DNA of 63,519 nucleotides, the filler included, from Octopus bimaculoides (Eukaryota), in NCBI RefSeq assembly GCF_001194135.2. It is 9 parts of 8 records of this genome, joined end to end, with 100 filler letters (N's around TTAATTAATTAA, not from the genome) between each part and the next. Parts side by side here need not be neighbours in the genome. Positions count along the whole stretch, not along the records: positions 16,389 to 26,870 come from NC_068986.1; positions 26,971 to 37,986 come from NC_068982.1; positions 38,087 to 49,990 come from NC_069000.1; 6 more parts are not named here. One strand, written 5' to 3'. Below, piece after piece: positions 25,230 to 39,542 of this stretch. Every line of letters begins with the position of its first letter. The stretch's first letter is position 1. The notes under the pieces are model-generated. The model was not told the origin of the DNA. It did no database searches and saw only the letters and a list, made by a program, of their open reading frames with translations. A program made the position numbers and the translations under genes.

Positions 25230-25830
25230 GTTCAGGTATGGCTGTGGTTAACATCTCTGCTTTGAAACTACATGGCTCCAGGTTTGGTTCCAGCCATAAC
25301 AGTCTTCTGTCATCTCTTCAGCATCTTGAGACTGGCTTCCACTACTTTGTCCCATGTCTTTTTATGCTTCCCTCTTTCACAAGTGCCACCCTCTTTAAGT
25401 TATTGGTGCTTCTTTATGCATTTGTTCTCATTCATCATCACCTCACCAGACCAGCAAAGTCTTCTCTCTCACAGATTACATTAAATGACTACTGTCATAC
25501 ATGCACACTGACATTGCACATCCAGCAAAGCATATTAACTTTGGTCCTCTATATTCTTCACATATCCTCTGCATTTAGAACCCAAGTCTCACTACCATGT
25601 AGCATTGCTATTGGTACACAAGCATCATTTATTCATCATTTCACTCTAAGAGACTTCGTTAACAACAGAGGCAAAGGCTCCCTGAACTTTCCCTATCCTA
25701 TTCTTATTCAAGCAACTACTCATTCAGAACATCCTCCTCCACTGATAATCAGGTCACTTAGGTAACCATAATTATCTTCTACGTCTAGAGAGCCTCCAGT
25801 GCGTTTGAGAGAAATCACTTTCTTGAGTAT
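25230..25830 (-). mobile_element. RTE-clade LINE 3' fragment
   Basis: Minus-strand frames give RRLCWSGEVMMNENKCIKK...EGGTCEKG, which resembles the RTE RT C-terminus (LRWYGHVxRM...GxRxRGRP). The 189-aa plus-strand ORF is its antisense shadow. Confidence 0.7.
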
Positions 25831-26689
25831 CTGTAGTCTTTATAGCTACTGTGCAAATTCCACACATGAACACTACTTCTTACCAGCAGCAAAACTGAAG
25901 GCTAGCATTTATATTTGAATCTAAATAAAGAATAGATACAACAAGCATGTGCAAATGAAGATACTGAAGGCAGTAGCCCTGAAACATCTAATGACTAATA
26001 CATGTATTTCATCGCTTGGGGCTATGAAACACAACATGCATAGTAAATACAACTCCACAAGCAATTGTTAATTTTGTTCACATGCTGGTGGCATGCGGCT
26101 ATAAACTAGTTACTAAAATTGATTATTTGATTCTACGGATTACAATGTAAAATGTCCAAAACATCCAATGAATCCATGTTATGGATTTAGATTCGTAAGT
26201 TGGAGCCTGTTCAACTCCTCTCCAGGTAAACAAGTAAATATAAGTTTGAAACAAGAAAGCTTCATTATCAACATATGGTACTAGTGCAGTGACATATCTT
26301 CTGCACTATACACCCTACGAATAAAAGTGTGTATGTGAAAAAAATGATGCATTCTTTTATCTTTTACTTGTTTCAATCATAGAAATGTGGCCACACTGGA
26401 GCAACATCTTTAAAGATTTAGTCAAATATATCAGCATCAATAGTCGTTTCCTTCACACTCTTTTACCAAATTGCCAAGTAATTTGGATGTAATTAATTGG
26501 TAATCAATGGTGCTTTTCTTCCACCTATCCATAAATGTGATCTGATCAATAAGTATACGGATTGTTGCCGTGGTAAAGAAGGTAAAGCACATGGAGTGAA
26601 GTAACTTGGCAAAGACTAACCCTGAACTCTGCTGCACATGCGCACTAAGTCTTAAGGTTCTAACTCACCTCTGCTGTTTACAGAAGTGC

Positions 26690-26812
26690 ATGGGAGGGAG
26701 TGTGTAGCACATGATCATCACGTTGAACAGGACAGAGACAGTAAAGTAGAGAATTGGCATCAAATATTGTGAAAAGCTTGGTGAAACCAGCTCAAAGGCC
26801 TACACAAATATA
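26690..26812 (+). mobile_element. Mariner transposase N-terminal fragment
   Basis: RIGIKYCEKLGETSSKAYT resembles the mariner QRxxIKFCxKLGxxxxExY motif. Confidence 0.5.
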
Positions 26813-26831
26813 TATACATACCTATGTGTGC

Positions 26832-26870
<39 letters not shown>

Positions 26871-26991
26871 NNNNNNNNNNNNNNNNNNNNNNNNNNNNNN
26901 NNNNNNNNNNNNNNTTAATTAATTAANNNNNNNNNNNNNNNNNNNNNNNNNNNNNNNNNNNNNNNNNNNNTCCTCCTCCTCCTCCTCCTCC

Positions 26992-27031
<40 letters not shown>

Positions 27032-27495
27032 TACCATCATCATCAATGCCTTCAACATCATATACTTAATGCATGATAATGGTCAGTCTCATGCTCTTCT
27101 TTTTAGCAAAGCATCGTCTCTCTTTCATTCTCTTTGTCTCTCTCTCTATATACACACACAAACAACACGCACAAACATTCACACACGCACGTACGCACAC
27201 ACGCGTGTGTGTGTGTATATGTGTGTATAGCTTTTCGCCTACCTCAGCCGATGAAATTCACGCTGTATGTGGAACCTACTATTTCTTACCTAAACGGATG
27301 CACGTTTGTGTTAGATGAGTGTACTGGAATGTAACTCTCTTAGTGTATGTGTGTATGCATATATATGCACGTGTGTGTGTAATGCTATAATAAATACCAC
27401 CAGTCCTGTGACAAACAGCTATCCAGGGTTTACTGGCCGAAGCGATGTATTTCGCCAGTTTACAAGCTGAGAACACAACCATTCATCAGTTGCTA

Positions 27496-27536
<41 letters not shown>

Positions 27537-27757
27537 CTCTCTCTCTCTCTTTCTCTTTCTCTTTCTCTCTCTCTCTCAATACACACACACAGCCACGCCT
27601 GCGCGTATATATATGTGTGGTAAGAAACTTGTTTCCCAACCACATGGTTCCGGGTTCAGTCCCACTGCGTGACACCGTCATCAAATGTCTTTTATAGCCC
27701 CGGGCTATAGGCTTGTGAGTAGATTTGGTAGATGGAAACTGAAAGAAACCCGTCTTA

Positions 27758-27823
<66 letters not shown>

Positions 27824-28355
27824 ATTGTGCCTCGGTGCTTGTACCACACCGCTACTTGGCTACCGGTGTTGGCTTGTTTACTTCCTCGTAACTTAGCGGT
27901 TCAGCAAAAAATGACTGATAGAATCACATGGTTCTTGGCTCAGTCCCACTGCATGGCAACTTGGGCAGATGTCTTCTACTATAGTATCGGTTCGGCCAAA
28001 GCTTTGTAAGTGGATTTGGTAGAAGGAAACTGAAAGAAGCACGTCGTACATGTTTATATATATACGATGGGCTTCTTTGAGTTTCCGTATACATACATAC
28101 ATACATATATAAACCTGTGTGACCCTTCTGTCCGTCATTCGCCATGATAGATCGCTGACCACTACACATTTTTTTTCTCTCCTTGTTTCTCTCCTTGTTT
28201 CTTTCTCTGTTCCTTTCTGTTGAAGAGCGTAGACTCGAAACGTTAAAGACTTTCTCTATTTCCGAGCGTTATACTAATACATCCATTTGTTGTTTACACC
28301 ACCTGTCTTCGTTTGTTGTTTTTTCGTGAATTCTCCCTGTATATATATATATTAT

Positions 28356-28487
28356 TTATGCTAGAAGTAGACCACCCACGGTATCTTTTCATTTCTCTTG
28401 CTCGCTTACGTTCTGGCGTTTGCTGAATTTTGTTGAGAACAATCTCTTCTTAGTGGTCAGACCATAGGTGGTCTACTTCTAGCATAA
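28356..28487. mobile_element. 132-bp miniature inverted-repeat element
   Basis: Perfect 21-bp inverted repeats TTATGCTAGAAGTAGACCACC (28356-28376) and GGTGGTCTACTTCTAGCATAA (28467-28487). Confidence 0.6.
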
Positions 28488-28918
28488 TGGATGTCGACTT
28501 AGTGGTCATCCCTCTTATATGTATGTAATATAATTTTTCTGAATCTTCAGATTTAGATTTTTCAATATGCTAGGCCACTGATTTTAAATTAATACTCAAG
28601 TTTTCACCCTTATTATATATATATATTTCTTCAAGCCTTATCTATTGCATTAGATGTAATCTCTGTAATAAATTCTACGTTGGTCAGACGGGCCACACGC
28701 ACACATGACGGGCTTCACAGTTTTCACCTACCAAATTCACTTACAAGGTATTGATCTCCCCAGACTTATTACTGAAGGTACTGTGCAGTGGGACTGAACT
28801 CGGAATCACATAGCTGTGAAACGAGCTTCATAACCACACAGCCACGTTTGCTTTCATTATGTGTACGTCATGACAATCTGTAAGATATCTTGTGTTGTGT
28901 TATGCTTGAGTGTATGCA

Positions 28919-28962
<44 letters not shown>

Positions 28963-28990
28963 TGTGTGTGTGTGTGTGTGNNNNNNNNNN

Positions 28991-29032
<42 letters not shown>

Positions 29033-29206
29033 CTATATGAGTCTGTGTGCATATCTATGTGTCTACATGCATGATTCTGAGAAATATACGTGTGCAACTA
29101 ATGCAAGTGGTTTTGCATATTTGCTTGGTATTCGCTGCTATTAAATTAAATGCATGATGCATGTATGTCAATGCGTGGGCGTGTTAGGATCTGTGTGTGT
29201 GTGTGT

Positions 29207-29237
<31 letters not shown>

Positions 29238-29683
29238 NNNNNNNNNNNNNNGTGTGTGTGTGTGCTCGTGCACCATTAGGAAAATGTGGGGGGACGTGCG
29301 TGTCGTGTTCGTGTCACTATGCTTCCGTTTGCAGGTCGAAACCTGTCTGGGTATATCATTAGTTTGTAACGACATGTATGACAAACGGAAACAACGACGG
29401 CTACGAAGACAACAGCAACAGCAACAATATTACAAGGAGAGGAAGAAGAAGGAGGAGGAAGGAGGAAGGAGGAGGAAGGAGGAGGAAACAGATCATAATA
29501 TTTAATAATGGCATTCAATAATGATTCTTCTTTGGAATTTTTGGGAAGCACGTAGATGTAAATGGGGAATAGAAATGAGAATGGGAATTGAGTAGAAAGG
29601 ATGGGAGAGGCTATGCCAAGTTTGGCATCAGATCTGCTGATTAAAGATAGAAATAAATGGAGGGGAAGTGAAACGAGATAGAT

Positions 29684-29730
<47 letters not shown>

Positions 29731-29992
29731 CAGAGAGAGAGAGAGAGAAAGTAGGAGAGAATGAAAGAGAATATAAATGAGACATAGAGAATTGCTAATC
29801 TTAATGAAGAACTGCTTGCTTACGATATATGTGTATATATATATAATTTAAATATATATATGTGTGTGTGTATATATATAATTTATATATATATATATAT
29901 ATACGTGTGTGTATATATATACACATATATACATATATGTACATACATATATATACATATATGTATATACATATATATATTTATACACACAG

Positions 29993-30025
<33 letters not shown>

Positions 30026-30067
30026 AGTATATGTGCGTGTGTGTATGTGATAACGTTTGTATGTATG

Positions 30068-30133
<66 letters not shown>

Positions 30134-30715
30134 TCAAAGAGAAAGAGATTAGATAAATAGCTATACACAGGTAGCCAGAGACTATATATATATNNNNNNN
30201 NNNNNNNNNNNNNNNNNNNNNNNNNNNNNNNNNNNNNNNNNNNNNNNNNNNNNNNNNNNNNNNNNNNNNNNNNNNNNNNNNNNNNNNNNNNNNNNNNNNN
30301 NNNNNNNNNNNNNNNNNNNNNNNNNNNNNNNNNNNNNNNNNNNNNNNNNNNNNNNNNNNNNNNNNNNNNNNNNNNNNNNNNNNNNNNNNNNNNNNNNNNN
30401 NNNNNNNNNNNNNNNNNNNNNNNNNNNNNNNNNNNNNNNNNNNNNNNNNNNNNNNNNNNNNNNNNNNNNNNNNNNNNNNNNNNNNNNNNNNNNNNNNNNN
30501 NNNNNNNNNNNNNNNNNNNNNNNNNNNNNNNNNNNNNNNNNNNNNNNNNNNNNNNNNNNNNNNNNNNNNNNNNNNNNNNNNNNNNNNNNNNNNNNNNNNN
30601 NNNNNNNNNNNNNNNNNNNNNNNNNNNNNNNNNNNNNNNNNNNNNNNNNNNNNNNNNNNATATATGTGTGTGTATATATATATATATATGTATGTATGTA
30701 TGTTACGTATATATA

Positions 30716-30759
<44 letters not shown>

Positions 30760-32559
30760 TGTGTATGTGCGTTTTTAGATATATACACGTGTATGCATGT
30801 ATATATAATGCGCATCAAAGAGACAATGAAAACAAAAGAAAATAAAACTACATGGAAAAACAGAAAGGAGTAGCAGTTATACCAACAACAGCAATAACGC
30901 AAGCAACAAGAAATAACCTAAGAGAAGGTGAAGAAAATATAATAACAGATAAATAAAATAACATAGAATACCCCATCAAAACCAAGCAAAGCAAATCAGG
31001 GATAAAATCACACACATACTAGACAAAACAACAACAAAAAACAAAAGAAAAGGAAAAATAAATGAAACACAAGCAGCTACGATAGAAAAGCGTACCAAAA
31101 AGTTATTCACGAAATAAAAGCCTATCGTAAAATTTCTCTTACTGTATTGGATGTGATCTTGTTATTTTTCAATTTTTGTGGAGCTTTTCTATACGTTTTT
31201 CTTTAACGTACGGCTTTGCAAAGATAGCCATCTCTTGGATGCAAAAAGCTATGCTGTCTCTGCTTCATGTTTATTTATCAATGTTTCATTAATAACCTTA
31301 CCGTGAAGTAGATACAAAAGAGGATGTTATAACGGTAGACGGTGTGTGTGTGTGTGTGTGGTTGTGTTGTGATTAGTGGGTGTATTTGTTCCTTGTGTGA
31401 TTTCTCTGTACGTAGTATGCGTAAAGTGAGTGTCCGTACGTAGAATCCGTAGTGGGTAATAGTATGAAAGTTTCCGTTAGGTATGTAAAGTGTTGGGTTA
31501 GCGAAATCGTTTGAGTATCGAATTTGATGCGGATCTTCACTTTTTGAGTTCGAATCTCCTGTGGTAAAACGCTTGCTTCCCAATCAGATGGTTTTGCGTT
31601 CAGTCCCACTGCGTGGCACCTTGGGCAAGTGTCTTCCACTATAGCCTCGGGCCTACTAAAGCCCTCATAACTTTCTTATTTTTCGGAAAGAAGCACGTCG
31701 TATATATATATATATATATACCGTTTATATATTTGTTTTGCAAGATTCTTGATGTGAAATCGTGTGTTGAAACAGATATTGTTGTATTTGGGGATGGTCA
31801 TGTTGCCAGTTTAGCCAATAAAAACACACGCACTATATATTTGGTGTTAATTTGCTTCAGCTTTATATTACATTAATCGTATTTCGGCCAGAGTTCTTTC
31901 GTCACACTTCTGTGACCTCNNNNNNNNNNNNNNNNNNNNNNNNNNNNNNNNNNNNNNNNNNNNNNNNNNNNNNNNNNNNNNNNNNNNNNNNNNNNNNNNN
32001 NNNNNNNNNNNNNNNNNNNNNNNNNNNNNNNNNNNNNNNNNNNNNNNNNNNNNNNNNNNNNNNNNNNNNNNNNNNNNNNNNNNNNNNNNNNNNNNNNNNN
32101 NNNNNNNNNNNNNNNNNNNNNNNNNNNNNNNNNNNNNNNNNNNNNNNNNNNNNNNNNNNNNNNNNNNNNNNNNNNNNNNNNNNNNNNNNNNNNNNNNNNN
32201 NNNNNNNNNNNNNNNNNNNNNNNNNNNNNNNNNNNNNNNNNNNNNNNNNNNNNNNNNNNNNNNNNNNNNNNNNNNNNNNNNNNNNNNNNNNNNNNNNNNN
32301 NNNNNNNNNNNNNNNNNNNTATGCTTGACTATGTTTAGTAAGTGCATGTGTGTGTATGGGGAGTGCCTGTATTATCTGTATCCCCTGTTTATACATGTTC
32401 GTTTAATTTGTTTTTATTTATTTGTTCATGTGTTTATACCTACTTTTCTTTTGTATTTAATTTAATTTTGTTAACGTATGTAGTTATTTAATCCCATTTG
32501 TTTATCTGTGTATTGTATTATATTTTGTTCATATTGTTATCAGTTTATGGGGATTTTAT

Positions 32560-33361
32560 TGTCATATGTTGTGGTTTGTTGGAGGTGTGTGCTAGTGTTC
32601 CATTCCAGTTTCCTATTCAGGCTAGGTTTATCTTCTATTATATGTGTAGCTTCTGTAATTTGTCTAAGTGCTGCGTCAGTTCTATGTGTGGTCAAGATTT
32701 TACTTTGTATGTTGTTGAGTGAGCCTCCGTGTTCCTGCTCAGCGTGCTGGTACAGAACTGATGAGCTCTTCTCTTTCTTAAGTTCCCTCCAATGTCATTT
32801 ACCCTCTCTCCTATGCTCCGTGCTGTTTCTCCTACGTACGCCGTTGTCTTGTTACTGCATCGTCCCTCTGTACATCTTATACTATAGACCACATTTCTGG
32901 CTTTACAGTTTATTTGTGGGTTAAATCTACATACAGTACAGTTCCTATCAGTACAGGGGGTTCTGCTAAAAGGGTAGGCTCTACCGATAAGGGATTTGAT
33001 AGGGTTGCATGGCCTTTCAACAACCTTAATTCTTAGCTTAAGTTTGTCTAGGGCCCTTCTAAAGCGGTACGCCAGTTCGCCTCTAGGGGTGGTGTCGACG
33101 AACATGACGCTCTGGTATTTGTGCCTATCATACCATGAGTTGGCCTTCCCTATTTTCTTCTTAATACTTTTAATGGTGTTCCATGATTTGCTCCTATAAA
33201 TTGAGCAAATCCCATTCCTATCGTTACGTTTGATGGTTTCAAATTTCCTCATAGCTCCTTTGTATACTTTGATCCTTTCTTTATGACTGTAACCTGAGAA
33301 CTGCATGCGGTGAACGAAATGTTGTATATGTCTATTTAACTCTGTAGGGTCGCACATACGG
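32560..33361 (-). mobile_element. Penelope-like retroelement relic (RT C-terminus, linker, GIY-YIG)
   Basis: RMQFSGYS, VMFVDTTPRGEL, KVVER and CKARNVVYSIRC...YVGETARSIGER motifs. Confidence 0.88.
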
Positions 33362-33789
33362 NNNNNNNNNNNNNNNNNNNNNNNNNNNNNNNNNNNNNNN
33401 NNNNNNNNNNNNNNNNNNNNNNNNNNNNNNNNNNNNNNNNNNNNNNNNNNNNNNNNNNNNNNNNNNNNNNNNNNNNNNNNNNNNNNNNNNNNNNNNNNNN
33501 NNNNNNNNNNNNNNNNNNNNNNNNNNNNNNNNNNNNNNNNNNNNNNNNNNNNNNNNNNNNNNNNNNNNNNNNNNNNNNNNNNNNNNNNNNNNNNNNNNNN
33601 NNNNNNNNNNNNNNNNNNNNNNNNNNNNNNNNNNNNNNNNNNNNNNNNNNNNNNNNNNNNNNNNNNNNNNNNNNNNNNNNNNNNNNNNNNNNNNNNNNNN
33701 NNNNNNNNNNNNNNNNNNNNNNNNNNNNNNNNNNNNNNNNNNNNNNNNNNNNNNNNNNNNNNNNNNNNNNNNNNNNACACACACATCTA

Positions 33790-34330
33790 TTCCTTTATGC
33801 AGTTATCTTATTGGATATTTGAGTTCAATGAGTGTCTCAGTAGTTAAATTCTGTTTCGTAGTATTTTTTAGTATGAAAGTTGTCGTAAAGCTTTGTGAGT
33901 TCGACATTATGAAGTTTTGGGTCTTTGGAGTAAGATATTCCTCACTGTAGTTCCAAGAAAATTATTCCATAAGTATATTGGTTTCTTTCCTATGAGTTAA
34001 TCATATTATCGGATACTTTTTGAGCGTGTGCAGGCATGTAGGCGTGTGAAAACGCGTTAGGCGGGATGTTGTTAGTCATTGATAAAAGTCTGTCATACTT
34101 AAGTAATAGCATAGCTTTGAGACCCGATTATATATCGTATGGGCTGTTGTATATTGTTGCAGTACAACGCATTTCTTGTAATTTAAGCTGTTGGTGGTAA
34201 GCTTTTGAAAATATCAGCTTCATCAAATGCAATGATGCAGAGATATTTCTTTCAGAAAAAAATAGGCTGTTTCATTATGATGATAAGTTAAACGGTTCAT
34301 CGTATATCCAAAATTATTCTTCGGACACTT
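33790..34330 (-). pseudogene. Decayed leucine-rich-repeat (possibly TLR-like) coding fragment
   Basis: Frame-shifted pieces MNRLTY, DIFKSLP, NNIPPNAFSH, SDNMINS, IYLWNNFL and ELTKLYDN resemble LRR units. Confidence 0.4.
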
Positions 34331-35345
34331 TTCTTTCTTTTTTTTTCAGAATCCAAATATTGCATTTCGTAGTTAGTGGTTGAACGTTTCAAAATAATAA
34401 TAGAAGCTATTTTACTTGCGCGTCGAAAAGTGAATTTACGTGGTAACTTGATGAGAGTCTTTTCTATCCTAGGTACAAGGCCTGAAATTTGGGGGGAAGG
34501 GGCCAGTCATTTAGATCGACCCCAGTACCCAACAAGTACTTAATTTATCGACCTCGAAAGGTAAAGTTGACATCGGCGGAATTTGAACTCAGAACGTAAA
34601 GACAGACGAAATACTGGTAAGCATGTCTCCCAGCGTGCTAACGTTTCTGCCAGCTCACCACCTTAACAGCTTGAGGAGAATGTAAAAAGAATTATAAAGA
34701 GCAACCCGGAATGAAAATGAGAAAGCGAATTCACCGCATCGCGAGCGAATTCGATCTTCTAGTTATAGACAAATATATTTCAGTGAACACATACACACAC
34801 GCACACACATATATTTGGTATCATCGACCAAATTTTAAAATAGATTTTTTTTTTTATCTATTAGCACAGTGACAGCCATCAGAACATGAAGCGATGAATA
34901 AGAAGACTATATTTACTGAAAAATACTGACTACATTCAAATATTCATATTTGATTAATTTATATCTTTATTAGCATTATTAACTGAAAAAAAAGGAATAT
35001 TCCACTTATTACCTGTCTCGTTAATAATAACAATCATCTATGTACATAAAATATAAGCAGTAAAGTTCGCATTTTGGCAGGAACATGAGGGTTTTTATAT
35101 AGAGTTTATGTAGTTATAGCTTTGCGCAGAGGTAAGAAAGTAAATGGCGAAATAAATAAAAATCATCAAGTAAGTAAAAGACTGAGCAAATCTTTCGTTT
35201 TCTGGAAACATACACAGTTGTTCTATGGCCCAAAGTAAATACAATTTGCATATCTAAGACGAAAGTATTCGTTTTGTGACATCTTTTCTGTACATTGAGC
35301 CGAGACTACATTTTCGAATACATACTTCAACTATATATATATGTA

Positions 35346-35463
<118 letters not shown>

Positions 35464-36208
35464 TGTGTGTATGAAAGAACGAATATTATGATTTTGCTTA
35501 GGCATAACGATATTAATAACTTGTTAGAACTCAATATACGTATACTTTCGAATAAAGCATGAGGGCAACTCAAAATGTAATCTGAATTAATTGAATGGCA
35601 AGAAGAAGGCATTACACTGTCAGCTTCATTAGATTACACAATCATTCAACTTTGCATACATTACTTCTTATAGTAGAATCAGCCGTAAGATAATGAAATT
35701 AATTTCGCATTTTCTGTTCCCTTGTCATTTCATTTATTTTTACGTATATGTGTATACGTTTTTTCGATTGTTATACATGTCTGTTAGTTTCTCATATGTG
35801 CGTGTAAGACATCTATCCAAGTTGTTGCACTTAGAATTCGAACCTGGAAAAGTAATGAATAGCCACCATAAAATTTTGCACAGTGAGTTGATTCCTTTCT
35901 CTCAGCTTATTTGTTCATAATCCTCGTTTTCTTTTTCTCTCAGGTACACGTAATCCTTTTTTCAATCACTATCATTCTTTCACACTCACACCCTCACTCA
36001 CAAATACATGAATTCTTTCTGCAACTCTTTGCCATACTGTTTCACTCTTCCCCTCCATTCTTCTATCATACTGCCGATAATTGAACTAGTGGCTGAAATT
36101 AATCACTGTCGAAATGAGTATTCATTTCACTGCTTAAAAAGACTTGTTTATCTATACTGCTTTCTGTGTGTATATCTCTATGTAGATGTCTGCTTGCATA
36201 CATACATG

Positions 36209-36287
<79 letters not shown>

Positions 36288-37948
36288 NNNNNNNNNNNNN
36301 NNNNNNNNNNNNNNNNNNNNNNNNNNNNNNNNNNNNNNNNNNNNNNNNNNNNNNNNNNNNNNNNNNNNNNNNNNNNNNNNNNNNNNNNNNNNNNNNNNNN
36401 NNNNNNNNNNNNNNNNNNNNNNNNNNNNNNNNNNNNNNNNNNNNNNNNNNNNNNNNNNNNNNNNNNNNNNNNNNNNNNNNNNNNNNNNNNNNNNNNNNNN
36501 NNNNNNNNNNNNNNNNNNNNNNNNNNNNNNNNNNNNNNNNNNNNNNNNNNNNNNNNNNNNNNNNNNNNNNNNNNNNNNNNNNNNNNNNNNNNNNNNNNNN
36601 NNNNNNNNNNNNNNNNNNNNNNNNNNNNNNNNNNNNNNNNNNNNNNNNNNNNNNNNNNNNNNNNNNNNNNNNNNATATGTATGTATGAATATATATATAT
36701 ATATATATGTACGTAAGTTTATGCGTCCATATGTGTGTTATTTTGCGCGTCATACTTTTTAAGACGTATTAAACAAGTTGTGTGACGTGTGTGTGTGTGT
36801 ATGTGTTTGTGTGTTTGTGTGTTTGTGTGTGTGTGTGCGTGTGTGTGTGTGTATGTGTGTGTGTGTGTGTGTGTTCGTATAAAGTCTTGAGTCTTTTAAG
36901 ATATCTTTAACCACTTATAGAACAAGATGTGATGTCAAGTTAATACCTAAGAAGCAGACAGGCAGCATTCATTTCTTCACAACACACGCGCGCGCGCGCA
37001 CACACATACATACATATATACATATGTCATACATGTATATCATACATAAGTGCATTTGTTCTTATATGCAGATGATAATATACGTGTAATTTTAAATGGA
37101 TTATTTAGCTAAATGCTTAAGGCTGTCCTATTAGATATTTCAAAATTATTTTGTTTGTGGTGCATTTCATCTTATTTACTAATTTACTAAATTCTTAAGA
37201 TTTCTTAAAGTGCTGAAGAAATCTTCATACTGGAAACGGTTTTTGTCGACATTACATTCTCAATTTCTATAATTGGATTTCAACCTTCTTTCATTTTTCT
37301 TTTTCTACGGAAGCAATCGTAGTTTAACTTCATAACTCATCGATTTCCTTCTCTATTTTTTTATACCATAATTGACTTATATGAATTAGCGAAGTAAGTA
37401 ATATGACAAGCCAACGTTAAGTAAAAAAAAAAATGTAATTTAAACAAACCTATATACTAGAAATCTCAACATTTCTAGTGTGCTTCAAAATATTCCAAGA
37501 TTTTATAAGAAATTAATTTTGCTAATATTAAAACTATAAAAATATAATTTGTTGCGAAAATTTAAATGCAATTGCTTCGAGAGAAAAAAAATTCGCAAAT
37601 CCTGTTATATATACTCATACACAGTCTCACACGCAGGAACATACAAAGTGACACATACGCATTGTCAATGCGAAATTAAAATTATTATTTTTAACGCAAG
37701 TTCAAAAAAACACACAATATTTACTAACTGGAAGACATTATATACTGAAGGCACGGCCAAATCTATAAAATTCGATTTGACTGAGATTTTAAGTTTTATC
37801 TGATAGTTTGTTTAACTCGGGTACCTGAACAAGCATCCAGAGACTAAGTTTAAATTTTCACTCATAGTAAATTTAATAATACCTACCTGTCTGTCTATCT
37901 ATCAATATATACGCATAAACATAGAAACATACATACATACATACATAC

Positions 37949-37986
<38 letters not shown>

Positions 37987-38088
37987 NNNNNNNNNNNNNN
38001 NNNNNNNNNNNNNNNNNNNNNNNNNNNNNNTTAATTAATTAANNNNNNNNNNNNNNNNNNNNNNNNNNNNNNNNNNNNNNNNNNNNCA

Positions 38089-38120
<32 letters not shown>

Positions 38121-39503
38121 CACATCTGAACAATTTCTGTCCCTAATTCACTCACAGGGCATTGTCAACCTGAGGCTTGAGGAAAAGACTCTTGTCCAAG
38201 GTGCCATGCAGTGGGACTGAACCGGAAACTACATAGTTGCGAAGCAAACTTCCTAACCACACAGCTATGCCTTTTTTTTTATTTTTTTTATTGTTCATTG
38301 CCTGTTTTTTTGTTCTGTGGTTTTTTGTTTTTTTTTTCTATAGCCTTCATTGTTTGTAATAGACAGCAGCAGCTGTGATTGGTGAAGTGTTCTGAAGTAC
38401 TTCTTTACCATTGGACGATACCATTCTCAGCTGAACCTACATGATGTCAATAGTTATCTTGACGTCATCATCTGCACAGATGATGTCTGTCTGCTAAGTG
38501 CAACTATCAACACTTACTGCACAGTAGTGAATCAGTTGCTGGTTTTAATCTCTAAGGATAACACTAGAAGAAGCTAACCAAGTTTTTCTCCATTGCGAAA
38601 TAATCTGACAAACAACAGCAGCAACAACAACTTCTACAAAAACAACAAGAAAAACAATAGGTTTCTTATACAGCTAAGTATGGCTGTGCCAATGACGAAA
38701 CCTCTATATGGTTATTCGATCTGCTAGAAATAGCAAACATAGCAACCGAATCTTTCTCAAATCATGCTTTCACCAAATTAAATAGAAAATATATTGGATA
38801 ATGTAGATCCTAATGTTAATTAGAAAATATTTTTAAAAATTAAAAAAAGGAATGGTCCATACTGTTCTTGTTGTTGTTGCTGCTGTTGTTACTTAGCCCA
38901 AAGTCAACTATGGTCAAGCGAACCTATGATTAAAGGGTGTCCACTCATGAGGAACCTGCCATTTTGTTTATCAAAAGCTACATTGTCCATTTTGCTTTTA
39001 ATATGATGTGTGTGTGTGTTTGAAGGAGATTTGACTGCTGTTTCTAGCAGACTGAGCAACTATGCAGAGGCTCCCTTATTTCTGTTGTTTATCCTCACAA
39101 AACAATCCTGGACAAGCAGAGCAGAATCTATGATTAAAGGTGATCCAGACATGACCATCTCATCTTTATGCTATCAAAAGACTATGTTATTCCTAGGTGT
39201 TCTTCATTTATTTATAAGATGGTAGGGTTGTGATTTGAGGAAGATTTTTAGCTGTTATTTCTTGCAAATTGAGTGACCACATAGAGATTCTCTTATTGTT
39301 GTGCCTGTTTTTTTTTACGTTTTCTGTCTAAACAGAATTAATATCGTTTATAGATGGATGTGTGGTCAAGAAGTTTGCTTTCCAACTGCATGGTTTCAGG
39401 TTCAATCCCAGTAATGGAACATTGGCCAAGCATCTTCTATTATAGCCCCATGTCAATCAAAGCCTTCTGAGTGGATTTGGTTGAGGAAAACTGAAAGAAA
39501 CCT

Positions 39504-39542
<39 letters not shown>

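Noticed and set aside
25196-25765. 189-aa plus-strand ORF
   Set aside because: It is the antisense frame of an RTE LINE fragment.
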